Below the pieces are notes generated by a model. The model saw only the letters and a program-made list of their open reading frames with translations, searched no databases and was not told the origin of the DNA. Positions 9,256 to 19,261 of a stretch of DNA of 32,380 nucleotides are shown here, piece by piece. The DNA is from Myxococcales bacterium (GTDB lineage: Bacteria > Desulfobacterota > Binatia > HRBIN30 > BPIQ01), in contig JBBIUR010000022.1 of NCBI GenBank assembly GCA_037440145.1, positions 1 through 32,380 on the forward strand. Reading direction: 5' to 3'. Numbering within the stretch: position 1 is the first letter of the stretch; each line of letters starts with the position of its first letter. The translations under genes were made by a program, and so were the position numbers.

Positions 9256-10599
9256 TCAGCGCTGCCGGTTTGCCAGGTGGGCGGCCAGCTCGCCGCGGAA
9301 CTCCGGGTCGGCGATTTGGACCAGGGCGCGGGCGCGTTCGGCGTCGCTGAGAAGGCTGAGCTCGACCGCGCCGTGTTCTGTGACCACGAACTGCACGTGG
9401 TGCCGCGGTGTCGTTACCGGTGTTCCGGGAAGCAGAGCCGGAACGATGCGAGAGACCCGCTCTCCCCCGACGACAGCAGTGGAGTGCAGGCAGACGAAGC
9501 TCTTGCCCTCTGTCGCGGTGCTGGCGCCCATCACGAACAGCTCGTGGCCACCGACGCCGGAGTATTGCCGCGGCCCGATCGCATCCGCCACAACCTGGCC
9601 GGCGAGGTCCACAGCCAGGGCGCCGTTGATGCTCACCATGCGCCGGTTGCGCCGGATGTTCGCGGGGTCGTTCACGAGGCCGACCGGCAGCATGCGCACC
9701 TCTGGATTCCGGTGCATCCAACGGTAGAGATCGGCGCTGCCCGCGGCGAAGGTGCACACCGAAAATCCGTCGAAGATGCCCTTGTGGTTGGTGACCTTGC
9801 CCGCTCGGTGCAGGTGCATGATGCCGTCGACCATCATTTCCGTATGGATTCCGAAGTCTCCCTTTTCCCCTTTGGCGAGCAACTGCGCCACGGCGTTTGG
9901 CACGCCGCCAATGCCGATTTGCAGGGTCGACCCGTCTTCGATCTCTGCCTCGATCCGGGCGGCAATTGCTTCGTCCGCGGCGCTCGGGGGCTGTTCGGGG
10001 AGGGTGAGGACCGGGCGGTCGGATTCGACGACGCAATCGACTTCGGTCACGTGAATGCGGTGGCCGCCGTACCGCCCGAGGCCGGGCACGCTCGGCAGGT
10101 TCGGATTCACTTCCGCGATGGCCAGCCGCTCGGGATCCCGCGCCGCCTCCAAAAAGGCTCGGAACGTCGCCCCTGCGTGCAGGCTGAAGTTCAGGTACCC
10201 GTGCTCGTCCATGGGCGCCACAGCCGACGCGAGCACCCGCGGGCGGACCCGCTCCGCATACCGCTCCCAGGCGAGGAAATCCGCCGGCAGGTACTCTACG
10301 CGCGCCCCCGATGCCTTGAGCTGGCGTTCCACGGGGCCGTAAAAGCCGCTGATCAGGCGGACGCCGGGCCGCTGAAAGACAGCGAAGGCCTCCAGGAGCA
10401 ACCCCGTGAAAACCGTGAGCGCCGTGTAGTCGTCCCGCTCGCCAAGCGCATGGAGAAAAGCCGTTGGCTGCCCTGTCGCAATGGGCAGTGCGAGGGTATC
10501 GTCGGGCCGCACGAGATCCGCTGCGTCGCGGGCACTCCGGCGCTTTGCCGCATAGATCCTCGTCCATTCACTGGACCCCCGGCGTGATGCGGACCCCAT
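9256..10599 (-). CDS. acetyl-CoA hydrolase/transferase family protein (4-hydroxybutyrate/succinyl-CoA:acetate CoA-transferase-like)
   Basis: Family-typical N-terminus (EWTRIYAAKRRSARDAADLVRPDDTLALPIATGQP), the core GSTLQIGIGGVPNAV, and a C-terminal domain with SINGALAVDLAGQVVAD...YSGVGGHELF. Start set at ATG 10599, which has acGGGGA upstream, rather than the TTG at 10650. Confidence 0.85.
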   Translation of the reverse strand: MGSASRRGSSEWTRIYAAKRRSARDAADLVRPDDTLALPIATGQPTAFLHALGERDDYTALTVFTGLLLEAFAVFQRPGVRLISGFYGPVERQLKASGARVEYLPADFLAWERYAERVRPRVLASAVAPMDEHGYLNFSLHAGATFRAFLEAARDPERLAIAEVNPNLPSVPGLGRYGGHRIHVTEVDCVVESDRPVLTLPEQPPSAADEAIAARIEAEIEDGSTLQIGIGGVPNAVAQLLAKGEKGDFGIHTEMMVDGIMHLHRAGKVTNHKGIFDGFSVCTFAAGSADLYRWMHRNPEVRMLPVGLVNDPANIRRNRRMVSINGALAVDLAGQVVADAIGPRQYSGVGGHELFVMGASTATEGKSFVCLHSTAVVGGERVSRIVPALLPGTPVTTPRHHVQFVVTEHGAVELSLLSDAERARALVQIADPEFRGELAAHLANRQR

Positions 10600-10674
10600 C
10601 GAGTTCCCCGTCTGCGCGTTCCCGCCTTGAGTGTGCCCGAGCCTACTCAAAGAGCGCCTGCGGCGGAAGAACCG

Positions 10675-10731
10675 TTGTCACGGAAATGTAATGCGGCTGT
10701 CGCCCTCGGGTCACCAATTCTTCCCTAAAAT
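10675..10731 (+). promoter_or_regulatory. Tandem Pho boxes (four 7-bp direct repeats at 11-bp phasing) plus -10 hexamer; candidate PhoB-dependent promoter
   Basis: Repeats are TTGTCAC (10675-10681), ATGTAAT (10686-10692), CTGTCGC (10697-10703) and GGGTCAC (10708-10714), each 11 bp apart. TAAAAT lies at 10726-10731, 11 bp after the last repeat. This architecture matches the E. coli Pho box (CTGTCAT repeats with 4-bp spacers replacing the -35). Confidence 0.6.
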
Positions 10732-10805
10732 TCCACCCGTGCGTCGCGATCCGTTCCATCGGTCCCCGTACGATTCGCCTCAGTGCGAATCGGAGGGGAC
10801 AAGCG

Positions 10806-11999
10806 ATGAGATACGCGGAGTGGCTGGTGTGCGGCGCCGCCTGGGGCCTGAGTGTCGCCAATGCGCATGCGGCGAACCCGCAAGTGCTGGGGCGCGATGG
10901 CGCGGTGCTGGAGAGGGACGCTGCCGGCGAGACCCAGCAGGGCCCGGCCGCGGAGGAGGCAGCGCCGGATGGCGTCGTGCTCTCGCATCGGCTAGGAGAC
11001 GGTCTGCAGCTCCGCGATCCGCGCGGGCGCTTCGAGTTTTCCCTCGGCAACCGCATTCAGGCGCGCTACACGCGCGCCGAGCCGACTGGCGAGCCCTCGG
11101 CATCCGCCTTTACCGTGCGCCGGTTCAAAACGTTCGCGAAAGGCACTTTCTACCGCTCGTGGTTGCACTTCAAGGTGCAGGTGAATTGGGTCGGAGCGCG
11201 GTCGGCGAGCGGCGAGCGGCTGCCGGAGTTGGAGGACGCGTTCTTGGACCTCGAACTCTCGCCTGCAGTCTCTGTGCGGGCGGGACAATTCAAGGTGCCG
11301 TTCAATCGGCAAGAGCTCACGTCGTCGGGTGCCCAGCAGCTGGTCGACCGTGCGGTCACGAACGACCGGTTCGCATTCGACCGAGACCAGGGGCTGATGG
11401 TGCACGGGGAGATCTGGGAGGGAAGCAGCGCGCAGATCGAGTACAGCGCAGCCGTGCTCAATGCCGCGGGCAAGAACCGCGCGGGCCAGAGCAGCGAACC
11501 GATGGCTGCAGTGCGCGTGCAATGGCTCCCACTGGGCTCCGTGCCATACGCGGAGTCGGCTCTCGGTTTCTCGCGGGCGCCGCGCCTCGCACTTGGAGCT
11601 GCTTTTGCCCGGCGGCCTGCCCAGCGCGCGGGGGAGGGGCAGCCGGCGCTGGCGCGCGGCACGGCGGATGCGCATTTTCAGTGGCGTGGCTTTTCCATTG
11701 CGAGCGATCTGTTCTTGGAGAGGCCGGAGGGGCAGCGGCGCCGAAGCACGTCGGGCGGCATGGTTCAGGCCGGTTGGTTTCTCCTGCCCGGACGACTGGA
11801 GATCGCCGGCCGCTATGCGGCGTTCCATCCGCCTGGCGGGAAAAACCGCCGCGAAGAAGCCCGGGGCGGAGTGAACTGGTTTTTCTCCGGCCACGCCTGG
11901 AAGCTGCAGGTGGACGCCGGGGCCGCGACGGGGGAGAGAACCGGAGCGGCGGCACTCGGCGACACCGAAGTCCGGCTCCAGGTTCAGGTCATTTTCTGA
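10806..11999 (+). CDS. phosphate-selective porin, OprO/OprP family
   Basis: Signal peptide ([12 protein letters not shown]), family motifs [22 protein letters not shown] and [33 protein letters not shown], and a C-terminal aromatic residue (VQVIF). Lies immediately upstream of pstSCAB. Confidence 0.85.
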   Translation: MRYAEWLVCGAAWGLSVANAHAANPQVLGRDGAVLERDAAGETQQGPAAEEAAPDGVVLSHRLGDGLQLRDPRGRFEFSLGNRIQARYTRAEPTGEPSASAFTVRRFKTFAKGTFYRSWLHFKVQVNWVGARSASGERLPELEDAFLDLELSPAVSVRAGQFKVPFNRQELTSSGAQQLVDRAVTNDRFAFDRDQGLMVHGEIWEGSSAQIEYSAAVLNAAGKNRAGQSSEPMAAVRVQWLPLGSVPYAESALGFSRAPRLALGAAFARRPAQRAGEGQPALARGTADAHFQWRGFSIASDLFLERPEGQRRRSTSGGMVQAGWFLLPGRLEIAGRYAAFHPPGGKNRREEARGGVNWFFSGHAWKLQVDAGAATGERTGAAALGDTEVRLQVQVIF

Positions 12000-12005
12000 A
12001 GCTGC

Positions 12006-12025
12006 GGGAGGTGGCTCCGCCTCCC
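12006..12025 (+). promoter_or_regulatory. intercistronic GC-rich hairpin between porin and pstS (possible attenuator or mRNA-stability element)
   Basis: GGGAGGTGG (12006-12014) pairs with CCGCCTCCC (12017-12025), with one G-U pair. No downstream U-tract. The pstS RBS GGAGGA follows at 12035-12040. Confidence 0.3.
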
Positions 12026-12045
12026 TGGGGCAACGGAGGAAGAAT

Positions 12046-13026
12046 ATGAGAACCAACCTGCTGGTGGAAGGCTGCGGCGTGGCGGCATTGCTGCTGGCGG
12101 CCGCAGCAATCCCGGCCCGAAGCGAGCTGCCGGTGGATCCAGGGCTGCCGGAATACCAGCGCGCCAGCGGGGTTTCTGGATCGCTGAGCAGCATCGGCTC
12201 GGATACGATGCTCAACCTGATGACCTACTGGGCAGAGGCATTCGCCCGCCTGTACCCGAACGTGAAGATCCAGGTGGAGGGCAAGGGCTCGAGCACCGCG
12301 CCGCCCGCGCTGATTGGGGGCACGGCCCAACTGGCGCCGATGTCGCGGGAGATGAAAGCCAGCGAAGTGGAGGCCTTCGAGCGCCGTTTCGGTTACCGGC
12401 CCACCGAACTGCGCGTGGCCATCGATGCCCTGGCGGTCTACGTGCACAAGGACAATCCCCTGGACTCTCTCGCGCTTTCCCAGCTCGATGCGATCTTCTC
12501 CAAGAGCCGGCGGCGCGGATTTGCGGAAGCGCTCGTCACCTGGGGGCAGCTTGGTTTGACCGGCATCTGGGCGAAACGGCCGATCAGCGTGTACGGGCGC
12601 AACTCTGCTTCCGGGACCTATGGTTTTTTCAAAGAGCACGTTCTCCGCAATGGGGACTTCAGGGACGAAGTGAAGGAGCAGCCCGGTTCCGCTTCGGTGG
12701 TGCAATCCGTGGCGGAAGACTGGGGCGGTATCGGCTACAGCGGCATCGGCTACCAGACGTCGGGCGTCAAGGCACTTTCACTGGCGGAGGAAGAGGGCCA
12801 GCCTCCCGTGGCGCCTTCTTCCGAGAATGTCTACAGCGGAACCTACCCCCTGGCTCGCTTTCTCCTCGTCTACGTCAACCGGAAGCCCGGCAAGCCGCTC
12901 GATTTGCTCGTGCGGGAATTCGCTCGGTTCGTGCTTTCCCGCGCTGGCCAGGAGCTGGTGGTCAAGAGCGGGTACCTGCCTCTGCCGGCTGCTGTGGTTG
13001 CGGAGGACAGGAGGAAGGTCGAGTAA
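12046..13026 (+). CDS. pstS: phosphate ABC transporter substrate-binding protein PstS family
   Basis: Signal peptide followed by the PBP-like motif [22 protein letters not shown]...[38 protein letters not shown]. Position in the pst operon supports the call. Confidence 0.9.
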   Translation: MRTNLLVEGCGVAALLLAAAAIPARSELPVDPGLPEYQRASGVSGSLSSIGSDTMLNLMTYWAEAFARLYPNVKIQVEGKGSSTAPPALIGGTAQLAPMSREMKASEVEAFERRFGYRPTELRVAIDALAVYVHKDNPLDSLALSQLDAIFSKSRRRGFAEALVTWGQLGLTGIWAKRPISVYGRNSASGTYGFFKEHVLRNGDFRDEVKEQPGSASVVQSVAEDWGGIGYSGIGYQTSGVKALSLAEEEGQPPVAPSSENVYSGTYPLARFLLVYVNRKPGKPLDLLVREFARFVLSRAGQELVVKSGYLPLPAAVVAEDRRKVE

Positions 13027-13047
13027 GCGAGCGGGAACTCCGGGCCG

Positions 13048-15300
13048 ATGAAATCGGAAACACCGATTCCGCTCGGGGTGCGGCTGCGTGCTCGCGCTCC
13101 GTTGCGGCGGCGCTTGGTCGACGCTGCCGCCCGGGTAGTGGTCACTGCAGGCGGCATGCTGGTCATCGCCAGCATCGCAGCAATCCTGTTTTTCCTCGGG
13201 CGCGAAGTTCTCCCGCTTTGGGCCTCGGCGAGGATCGATGCGAGGGGCGCGGTCGTGGCGCCGGAGGCGTTCGCAGCCGCGCCACCAGCGGCGGACCCGG
13301 GCGGCGAGTTTGCAGTGGCAGCCACGGCTGCAGGCCGGCTCGTGGCCTATGATCTCCGCGCCTGGCGGAGGTTGGGCGAGCTTTCCGACGGAGCGGTGCG
13401 GGGCGAGCGTCCCGTGGCGTGGGCTCGAGCGGCGGAGGGCACGTGGTGGATGGCGACCGAACAGGGAAGTCTCGTAGCGGTGCGGGCCCGCTTCGAGCCC
13501 GGGGGTGAGCGACCGCCGCTGGGAGTTCCCCAGCTCGAGGAGCTGGAGGGCTGGTCCTGCTTCGCTCCCGGGGCACTGCCGGACCGGTTCGCGGCGAGTG
13601 CCCCCGGGCGGCGTCGCGTGGCGGTAATCTTCGCCCGCGGCAAGGGTGCAGCGGTGGAGTTCGTAACCATTGCCGAGCGCCGCAGCTTGTTCGGGCCGGT
13701 CCAGCGGGCGGAGGTTCGGCGCGACCTTCCGGTACCTCCGGGCTCGCGCGCGACTGCACTGGCCATCACTGCCGACGGAGCGCGGGCGTATGTGGGCACC
13801 GACGGAGGCCAGTTGCAGGGCTGGGACTTGACGGAACCCGAGCGGCCGCGGCTGCTGGACGCGGTTTCCGCGAGCAGCCAGCCCGCAGCGGTGACCGCCC
13901 TGGCGCTGCTGGCGGGTGACATCACGGTGGTTGCGGGGAGCGGAAGTGGCGAGGTGAGCACTTGGTTTCTCGTCCAGGACTCGGGGCGCGCGAGCGGGTG
14001 GCGGTTGCAGCGCGCCGGTGTTTTCGCGCAGCATCGCGGTGCGGTGACTGCCGTAGCGGCATCGCCGCGCAACAAGAGCTTTGTCACGGCAGGTGCCGAC
14101 GGCGTCCTCGCGCTCCACCATGCGACCACGGGGCGCACTCGTGCGGCCGTGCGCGGACTGGATGGTGCCGTTGCGGGCCTGGCGTTCTTCCCAAAGGGCG
14201 ATGGCGCCGCCGCGGTGGATGTGTCCGGGACGCTGCACAGCTGGCGGATTGTAGATCCCCATCCGGGGGCGAGCTTGCGCGCTCTGTTTGGAAAGCTTTG
14301 GTACGAGGGCTATCCAGAGCCGGGCTATGTCTGGCAGTCCACGGGTGGCACGGACGAGGTCGAGCCAAAGCTCAGCTTGATTCCGCTCTTGCTCGGCACG
14401 GCGAAGGGAATGCTCTACGCGCTCCTTTTTGCGGTGCCGCTGGCGGTCCTCGGGGCTCTCTACACGGCACAGTTCGCCCATCCGATCGTGCGCGCTGCGG
14501 TCAAGCCGGCGGTGGAAATCATGGCGGCGCTGCCGAGCGTGATTCTCGGGCTGGTCGCGGGCTTGTGGCTCGCGCCGCTGTTGGAGGGGCGAGCGCCCGG
14601 TGCGCTCGTCGCGCTCGTGGTGTTGCCCGCGGGGGCGCTCGCCATGGGCTTTTTCTGGCGGGCCCTGCCGGGCCAGCTGCGCAGCAGGGTTCCCGCCGGC
14701 ACGGAGGCCATGTGGCTCGTTCCGCTTTTGACTGCAGCGGCGGCCCTGTGCCTGTGGGCGAGCCCGTGGGTCGAGGCCGCGGTTTTCGGCGGCGATTTTC
14801 GCTCTTGGCTCTTGCAGCGCGCCGGGCTCCGATACGACCAGCGCAACTGCATGGTCGTGGGTTTCGCGATGGGGTTCGCAGTCATCCCAATCGTGTTCAC
14901 GATTTCCGAGGACGCGCTTGCCAGTGTGCCCCAGCGGTTGATCTCGGGCTCCCTAGCCCTGGGGGCAACCCGCTGGCAGACCGCTGTGCGGCTGGTTTTG
15001 CCCACTGCAAGCCCGGGGATTTTTTCGGCGATCATGATCGGCTTCGGCAGGGCGGTCGGCGAGACGATGATCGTGCTCATGGCGACGGGGAACACCCCCA
15101 TTCTGGACTGGAACATCTTCACGGGAATGCGCACGCTCTCTGCGAACATCGCCGTCGAGCTTCCCGAGGCCCCGGTCGGCAGCACTCTCTACCGCGTTCT
15201 CTTTCTCTCCGCACTCTTGCTGTTTGCCGTGACCTTTGCGGTCAACACCCTGGCGGAGGTCGTGCGCCAGTGGTTCCGGCAGCGCTACCAGCGGCTATGA
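13048..15300 (+). CDS. pstC: phosphate ABC transporter permease PstC, long form (750 aa) with large periplasmic insertion
   Basis: The C-terminal ~300 aa form a MetI-like permease core (LIPLLLGTAKGMLYALLFAVPLAVLGALYTAQFA ... EDALASVPQRLISGSLALGATRWQT...). Residues ~55-440, after TM1, form an inserted domain with WD40-like repeats. An ATGA overlap joins it to pstA. Confidence 0.9.
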   Translation: MKSETPIPLGVRLRARAPLRRRLVDAAARVVVTAGGMLVIASIAAILFFLGREVLPLWASARIDARGAVVAPEAFAAAPPAADPGGEFAVAATAAGRLVAYDLRAWRRLGELSDGAVRGERPVAWARAAEGTWWMATEQGSLVAVRARFEPGGERPPLGVPQLEELEGWSCFAPGALPDRFAASAPGRRRVAVIFARGKGAAVEFVTIAERRSLFGPVQRAEVRRDLPVPPGSRATALAITADGARAYVGTDGGQLQGWDLTEPERPRLLDAVSASSQPAAVTALALLAGDITVVAGSGSGEVSTWFLVQDSGRASGWRLQRAGVFAQHRGAVTAVAASPRNKSFVTAGADGVLALHHATTGRTRAAVRGLDGAVAGLAFFPKGDGAAAVDVSGTLHSWRIVDPHPGASLRALFGKLWYEGYPEPGYVWQSTGGTDEVEPKLSLIPLLLGTAKGMLYALLFAVPLAVLGALYTAQFAHPIVRAAVKPAVEIMAALPSVILGLVAGLWLAPLLEGRAPGALVALVVLPAGALAMGFFWRALPGQLRSRVPAGTEAMWLVPLLTAAAALCLWASPWVEAAVFGGDFRSWLLQRAGLRYDQRNCMVVGFAMGFAVIPIVFTISEDALASVPQRLISGSLALGATRWQTAVRLVLPTASPGIFSAIMIGFGRAVGETMIVLMATGNTPILDWNIFTGMRTLSANIAVELPEAPVGSTLYRVLFLSALLLFAVTFAVNTLAEVVRQWFRQRYQRL

Positions 15301-16910
15301 GCAGGGGCAGGTGGCTGCGCGACGGCGATCCGTTCGTGTGGCTCGCGGCGGGCGCGCTGGCCACGAGCGTTCTGATGTTGGCAGCGCTCCTGGTCTTGAT
15401 TTTCACCAGAGCACTCGGCTTTTTCTGGCCGGCCGCGGTACTACACGTGCGCCTGGTGAACGGGTCGGAAGCCATGGGGCAGGTGCGAGCGCGGGAGCTC
15501 GGACCCGCCGGGGCAGAGCGAGGGCGAGTGCGGCGCGTGCAGTTGCAAGTGGGAAACCGCGATGTCTACGGAGCTGATTTCCGTTGGATTCCGGAAGCAG
15601 AGATCGCCGCGTCGAGCTGGCCGCGAGAAGCCGTGGTGATCGAGCGCGTCCAATGGGGAAACCTTTACGGCTTCGTGGAGGAACTCCGGGAGGGTACCAC
15701 AGTGCTCGCCGAGGGCCCGGAGCGCGCCTGGGAAGAGCTGCAGGCGCGGCTGCCCCAGGTGCAGGAACTCGTCAAGCGCGCGGTGGCGGACGAGGGAAGT
15801 GCGCTAGGGGAGATCGACTACGAGACCCAAAAGGTGCGCCTCGCGCGGAAGCGCCTGGAGCGCGCCGGCGAAACGGACCGCGCGGCGGAGCTCGACCGCC
15901 GCCTGGCGGAGCTGGACCGCCGCTACGCCGAGCTGCTGCGGCGATTGGAGTCCGTGCGCCGGGCCACTCAGGCGCAGCGCGCCGTCGTGCGCCTGGCGGG
16001 CGGCGCGCGCAAGGAAGTGCCCCTGGCCGTCATCGTGCGCGCGTATCGGCCGAACGCGATGTCGGCGGGGGAGAAGGTGGCGCTGTATGTGGCGAAGTGG
16101 TGGGAGTTCGTGAGCGGTGAGCCCCGCGAGTCGAACACCCAAGGCGGAGTTTTTCCGGCCTTGTTCGGAACCGTGGTGATGGTGCTCGTCATGAGTTTCG
16201 CCACGGTGCCGTTGGGCGTGCTGGCCGCACTCTACCTCCGGGAGTACGCACGGGAAGGGTTCGCGGTGCGGGCGGTGCGCGTGGCCGTGAACAATCTGGC
16301 GGGCATTCCTTCCATCGTGTTCGGCGTTTTCGGGCTGGGTTTCTTCGTGTACACCCTCGGCGGGAAAATCGACACGCTATTTTTCCCCGACCGACTTCCC
16401 GCGCCGACGTTTGGCACAGGGGGAATCCTGTGGGCGTCCGTCACGCTCGCGCTGCTCACGGTGCCGGTCGTTATCGTGGCCACGGAGGAGGCGCTTGTCG
16501 CCGTGCCCAAAGAGAATCGCGAGGGTTCGCTTGCCCTCGGGGCAACGCGCGCCCAGACGGTCTGGCGCGTGGTGTTGCCGCACGCGATGCCGGGTGTCCT
16601 GACGGGTACGATCCTCGCGATGGCGCGCGCGGCGGGCGAGGTGGCGCCGCTGATGCTCACCGGCGTGGTGAAAATGGCCCCGGATCTCCCGCTCGATCGC
16701 CACTGGCCGTTCCTGCACTTGGAGCGCAAGTTCATGCATCTCGGTTTTCACATCTACGACCTTGGCTTTCAGTCCCCGAACGTCGAGGCGGCAAAGCCCA
16801 TGGTCTACGCCACGGCGCTGTTGCTGGTCGGCCTCGTGGTGGCGCTGAACCTGGCCGCAATCGCGGTGCGCGCCAGACTGCGGCGCCGCCTCGTTGGGGG
16901 GGCTTTCTGA
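15297..16910 (+). CDS. pstA: phosphate ABC transporter permease PstA, long form (537 aa) with coiled-coil insertion
   Basis: Start is the ATG within ATGA at 15297, in frame with ORF 13962..16910. The permease core carries EEALVAVPKENREGSLALGATRAQTVWRVVLPHAMPG. Residues ~45-283 are an extra periplasmic segment. Confidence 0.9.
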   Translation: MSRGRWLRDGDPFVWLAAGALATSVLMLAALLVLIFTRALGFFWPAAVLHVRLVNGSEAMGQVRARELGPAGAERGRVRRVQLQVGNRDVYGADFRWIPEAEIAASSWPREAVVIERVQWGNLYGFVEELREGTTVLAEGPERAWEELQARLPQVQELVKRAVADEGSALGEIDYETQKVRLARKRLERAGETDRAAELDRRLAELDRRYAELLRRLESVRRATQAQRAVVRLAGGARKEVPLAVIVRAYRPNAMSAGEKVALYVAKWWEFVSGEPRESNTQGGVFPALFGTVVMVLVMSFATVPLGVLAALYLREYAREGFAVRAVRVAVNNLAGIPSIVFGVFGLGFFVYTLGGKIDTLFFPDRLPAPTFGTGGILWASVTLALLTVPVVIVATEEALVAVPKENREGSLALGATRAQTVWRVVLPHAMPGVLTGTILAMARAAGEVAPLMLTGVVKMAPDLPLDRHWPFLHLERKFMHLGFHIYDLGFQSPNVEAAKPMVYATALLLVGLVVALNLAAIAVRARLRRRLVGGAF

Positions 16911-16927
16911 GCCGGAGGGTCTGAGCG

Positions 16928-17776
16928 ATGGCGAACTTCCAGTCAGCCCGGTTGCAACGGTTGGCCCCGCCGGTGCCGGCGGCCGCAGCCCGGGAGGCCG
17001 ACTCCGCGGATCCGGGAACGCCGATCCTCTCGATGCGGCACCTCTCGGTGAGCTACGACGCAGGGGCCACGGCTGCGCTGCGCGACATTTCGCTCGACGT
17101 GCCGCGGAACCGGGTGACGGCTTTCATTGGTCCCTCCGGTTGCGGGAAATCGACGCTCTTGCGGTGCTTCAACCGGTTGAACGACCTGATCCCCGGAGCG
17201 CGAGTGACGGGTAGGATTTTGTTGGATGGCACGGACATTTACGACCCGCGCGTCGATGTCACGGAGCTCCGGAAACGGGTCGGCATGGTGTTCCAGAAGT
17301 CCAACCCGTTTCCGAAATCCGTTTACGAGAACGTGGCCTACGGGCCCCGAATCGCAGGGGTCCGGCGAAAGAGCCAGCTCGACAACATCGTGGAGCAGAG
17401 CCTGCGCAGGGCGGCACTCTGGGACGAGGTGCGCGAACGGTTGCACGCAAACGCACTGGAGCTCTCCGGCGGGCAGCAGCAGCGCCTGTGCATCGCGCGC
17501 GCCTTGGCGGTGGAGCCCGAGGTGCTGCTGATGGACGAGCCGTGCTCGGCTCTCGATCCGATCGCCACCGCGAGGATCGAGGCTTTGATTCACGAGCTGA
17601 AGGAACGGTACACTATCGTGGTCGTCACGCACAACATGCAGCAGGCGGCGCGCGTGTCGGATTTTACGGCCTTTTTGTACCTGGGGCGCCTGGTCGAGTT
17701 CGGGCCGACCGAGAAGATTTTCACGGCTCCCGAGCAGAAGGAAACGGAGGATTACATCACGGGCCGCTTCGGCTGA
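16928..17776 (+). CDS. pstB: phosphate ABC transporter ATP-binding protein PstB
   Basis: Walker A in [25 protein letters not shown], the PstB-typical [20 protein letters not shown], signature [14 protein letters not shown], and Walker B LLMDEP. GGAGGG RBS upstream. Confidence 0.97.
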   Translation: MANFQSARLQRLAPPVPAAAAREADSADPGTPILSMRHLSVSYDAGATAALRDISLDVPRNRVTAFIGPSGCGKSTLLRCFNRLNDLIPGARVTGRILLDGTDIYDPRVDVTELRKRVGMVFQKSNPFPKSVYENVAYGPRIAGVRRKSQLDNIVEQSLRRAALWDEVRERLHANALELSGGQQQRLCIARALAVEPEVLLMDEPCSALDPIATARIEALIHELKERYTIVVVTHNMQQAARVSDFTAFLYLGRLVEFGPTEKIFTAPEQKETEDYITGRFG

Positions 17777-17790
17777 ACGCGGGGATTTCA

Positions 17791-18480
17791 ATGGAAGGAA
17801 AAGCGCATACGGACCGCCACTACGAGGAGGAGTTGCGGGAGCTGCACCAGAAGATCTTGCAGATGGGAGGGTTTGTCGAGCAGCAGATCGCCAACGCCAT
17901 CGGGGCGCTGACCGGACGGGACAGCGAACTGGCCCGCCTCACGATCGAGCGCGACCACGCGGTCAACCGCATGGACGTGGAGATCGACGACCTGTGCATC
18001 CGGCTCCTGGCGCTGCATCAGCCTGCGGCGCGCGATCTGCGGTTGATCACCACGGGTCTCAAGATCACCACGGATCTCGAGCGGGTGGGCGACATGGCGG
18101 TGAATATCTCCGAACGGGTGCTGGAGCTGAACGAGGAGCCGCAGCTCAAGCCCTATATCGACATCCCGCGGATGTCGGAGGTGGCCCAGCGGATGCTCCG
18201 CGAGAGCCTCGATGCGTTCGTGCGGGAAGACGTGGACCTGGCGCTGAAAGTCTGCCGGGACGACGATGCGATCGACGAACTCACGCACCAGGTCTTCCGC
18301 GAGCTGATTTCGTTCATGGTGGAGAACCCGCAGACGATCGGCCGCGCGATCCGGCTGATGTTTGTGTGCAAATATCTCGAACGCATTGGGGACCACGCGA
18401 CGAACATCGCCGAAATGGTCGTCTTCATGGTCCGCGGCAAGAGCATTCGGCACTTGGACCAGATCCCCGGATCGATTTGA
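17791..18480 (+). CDS. phoU: phosphate signalling complex protein PhoU
   Basis: Two PhoU repeats (DDLCIRLLALHQPAARDLRLITTGLKITTDLERVGDMAVNI and ...FVCKYLERIGDHATNIAE). Start at ATG 17791 inside ORF 17488..18480. Confidence 0.95.
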   Translation: MEGKAHTDRHYEEELRELHQKILQMGGFVEQQIANAIGALTGRDSELARLTIERDHAVNRMDVEIDDLCIRLLALHQPAARDLRLITTGLKITTDLERVGDMAVNISERVLELNEEPQLKPYIDIPRMSEVAQRMLRESLDAFVREDVDLALKVCRDDDAIDELTHQVFRELISFMVENPQTIGRAIRLMFVCKYLERIGDHATNIAEMVVFMVRGKSIRHLDQIPGSI

Positions 18481-18484
18481 GAGC

Positions 18485-19261
<777 letters not shown>

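Noticed and set aside
10600-10650. A TTG-initiated 17-codon extension of the CoA-transferase gene.
   Set aside because: ATG 10599 has a purine-rich RBS-like element upstream and gives a family-typical N-terminus. The TTG start has no visible RBS. Kept only as an alternative.
13962-15296. The N-terminal 445 aa of the 982-aa ORF 13962..16910, which would make a giant PstA overlapping pstC.
   Set aside because: This portion is out of frame with, and embedded in, the well-supported pstC. Its translation is Arg/Gly/Ala junk. The PstA-like sequence begins at the ATG of the ATGA junction at 15297.
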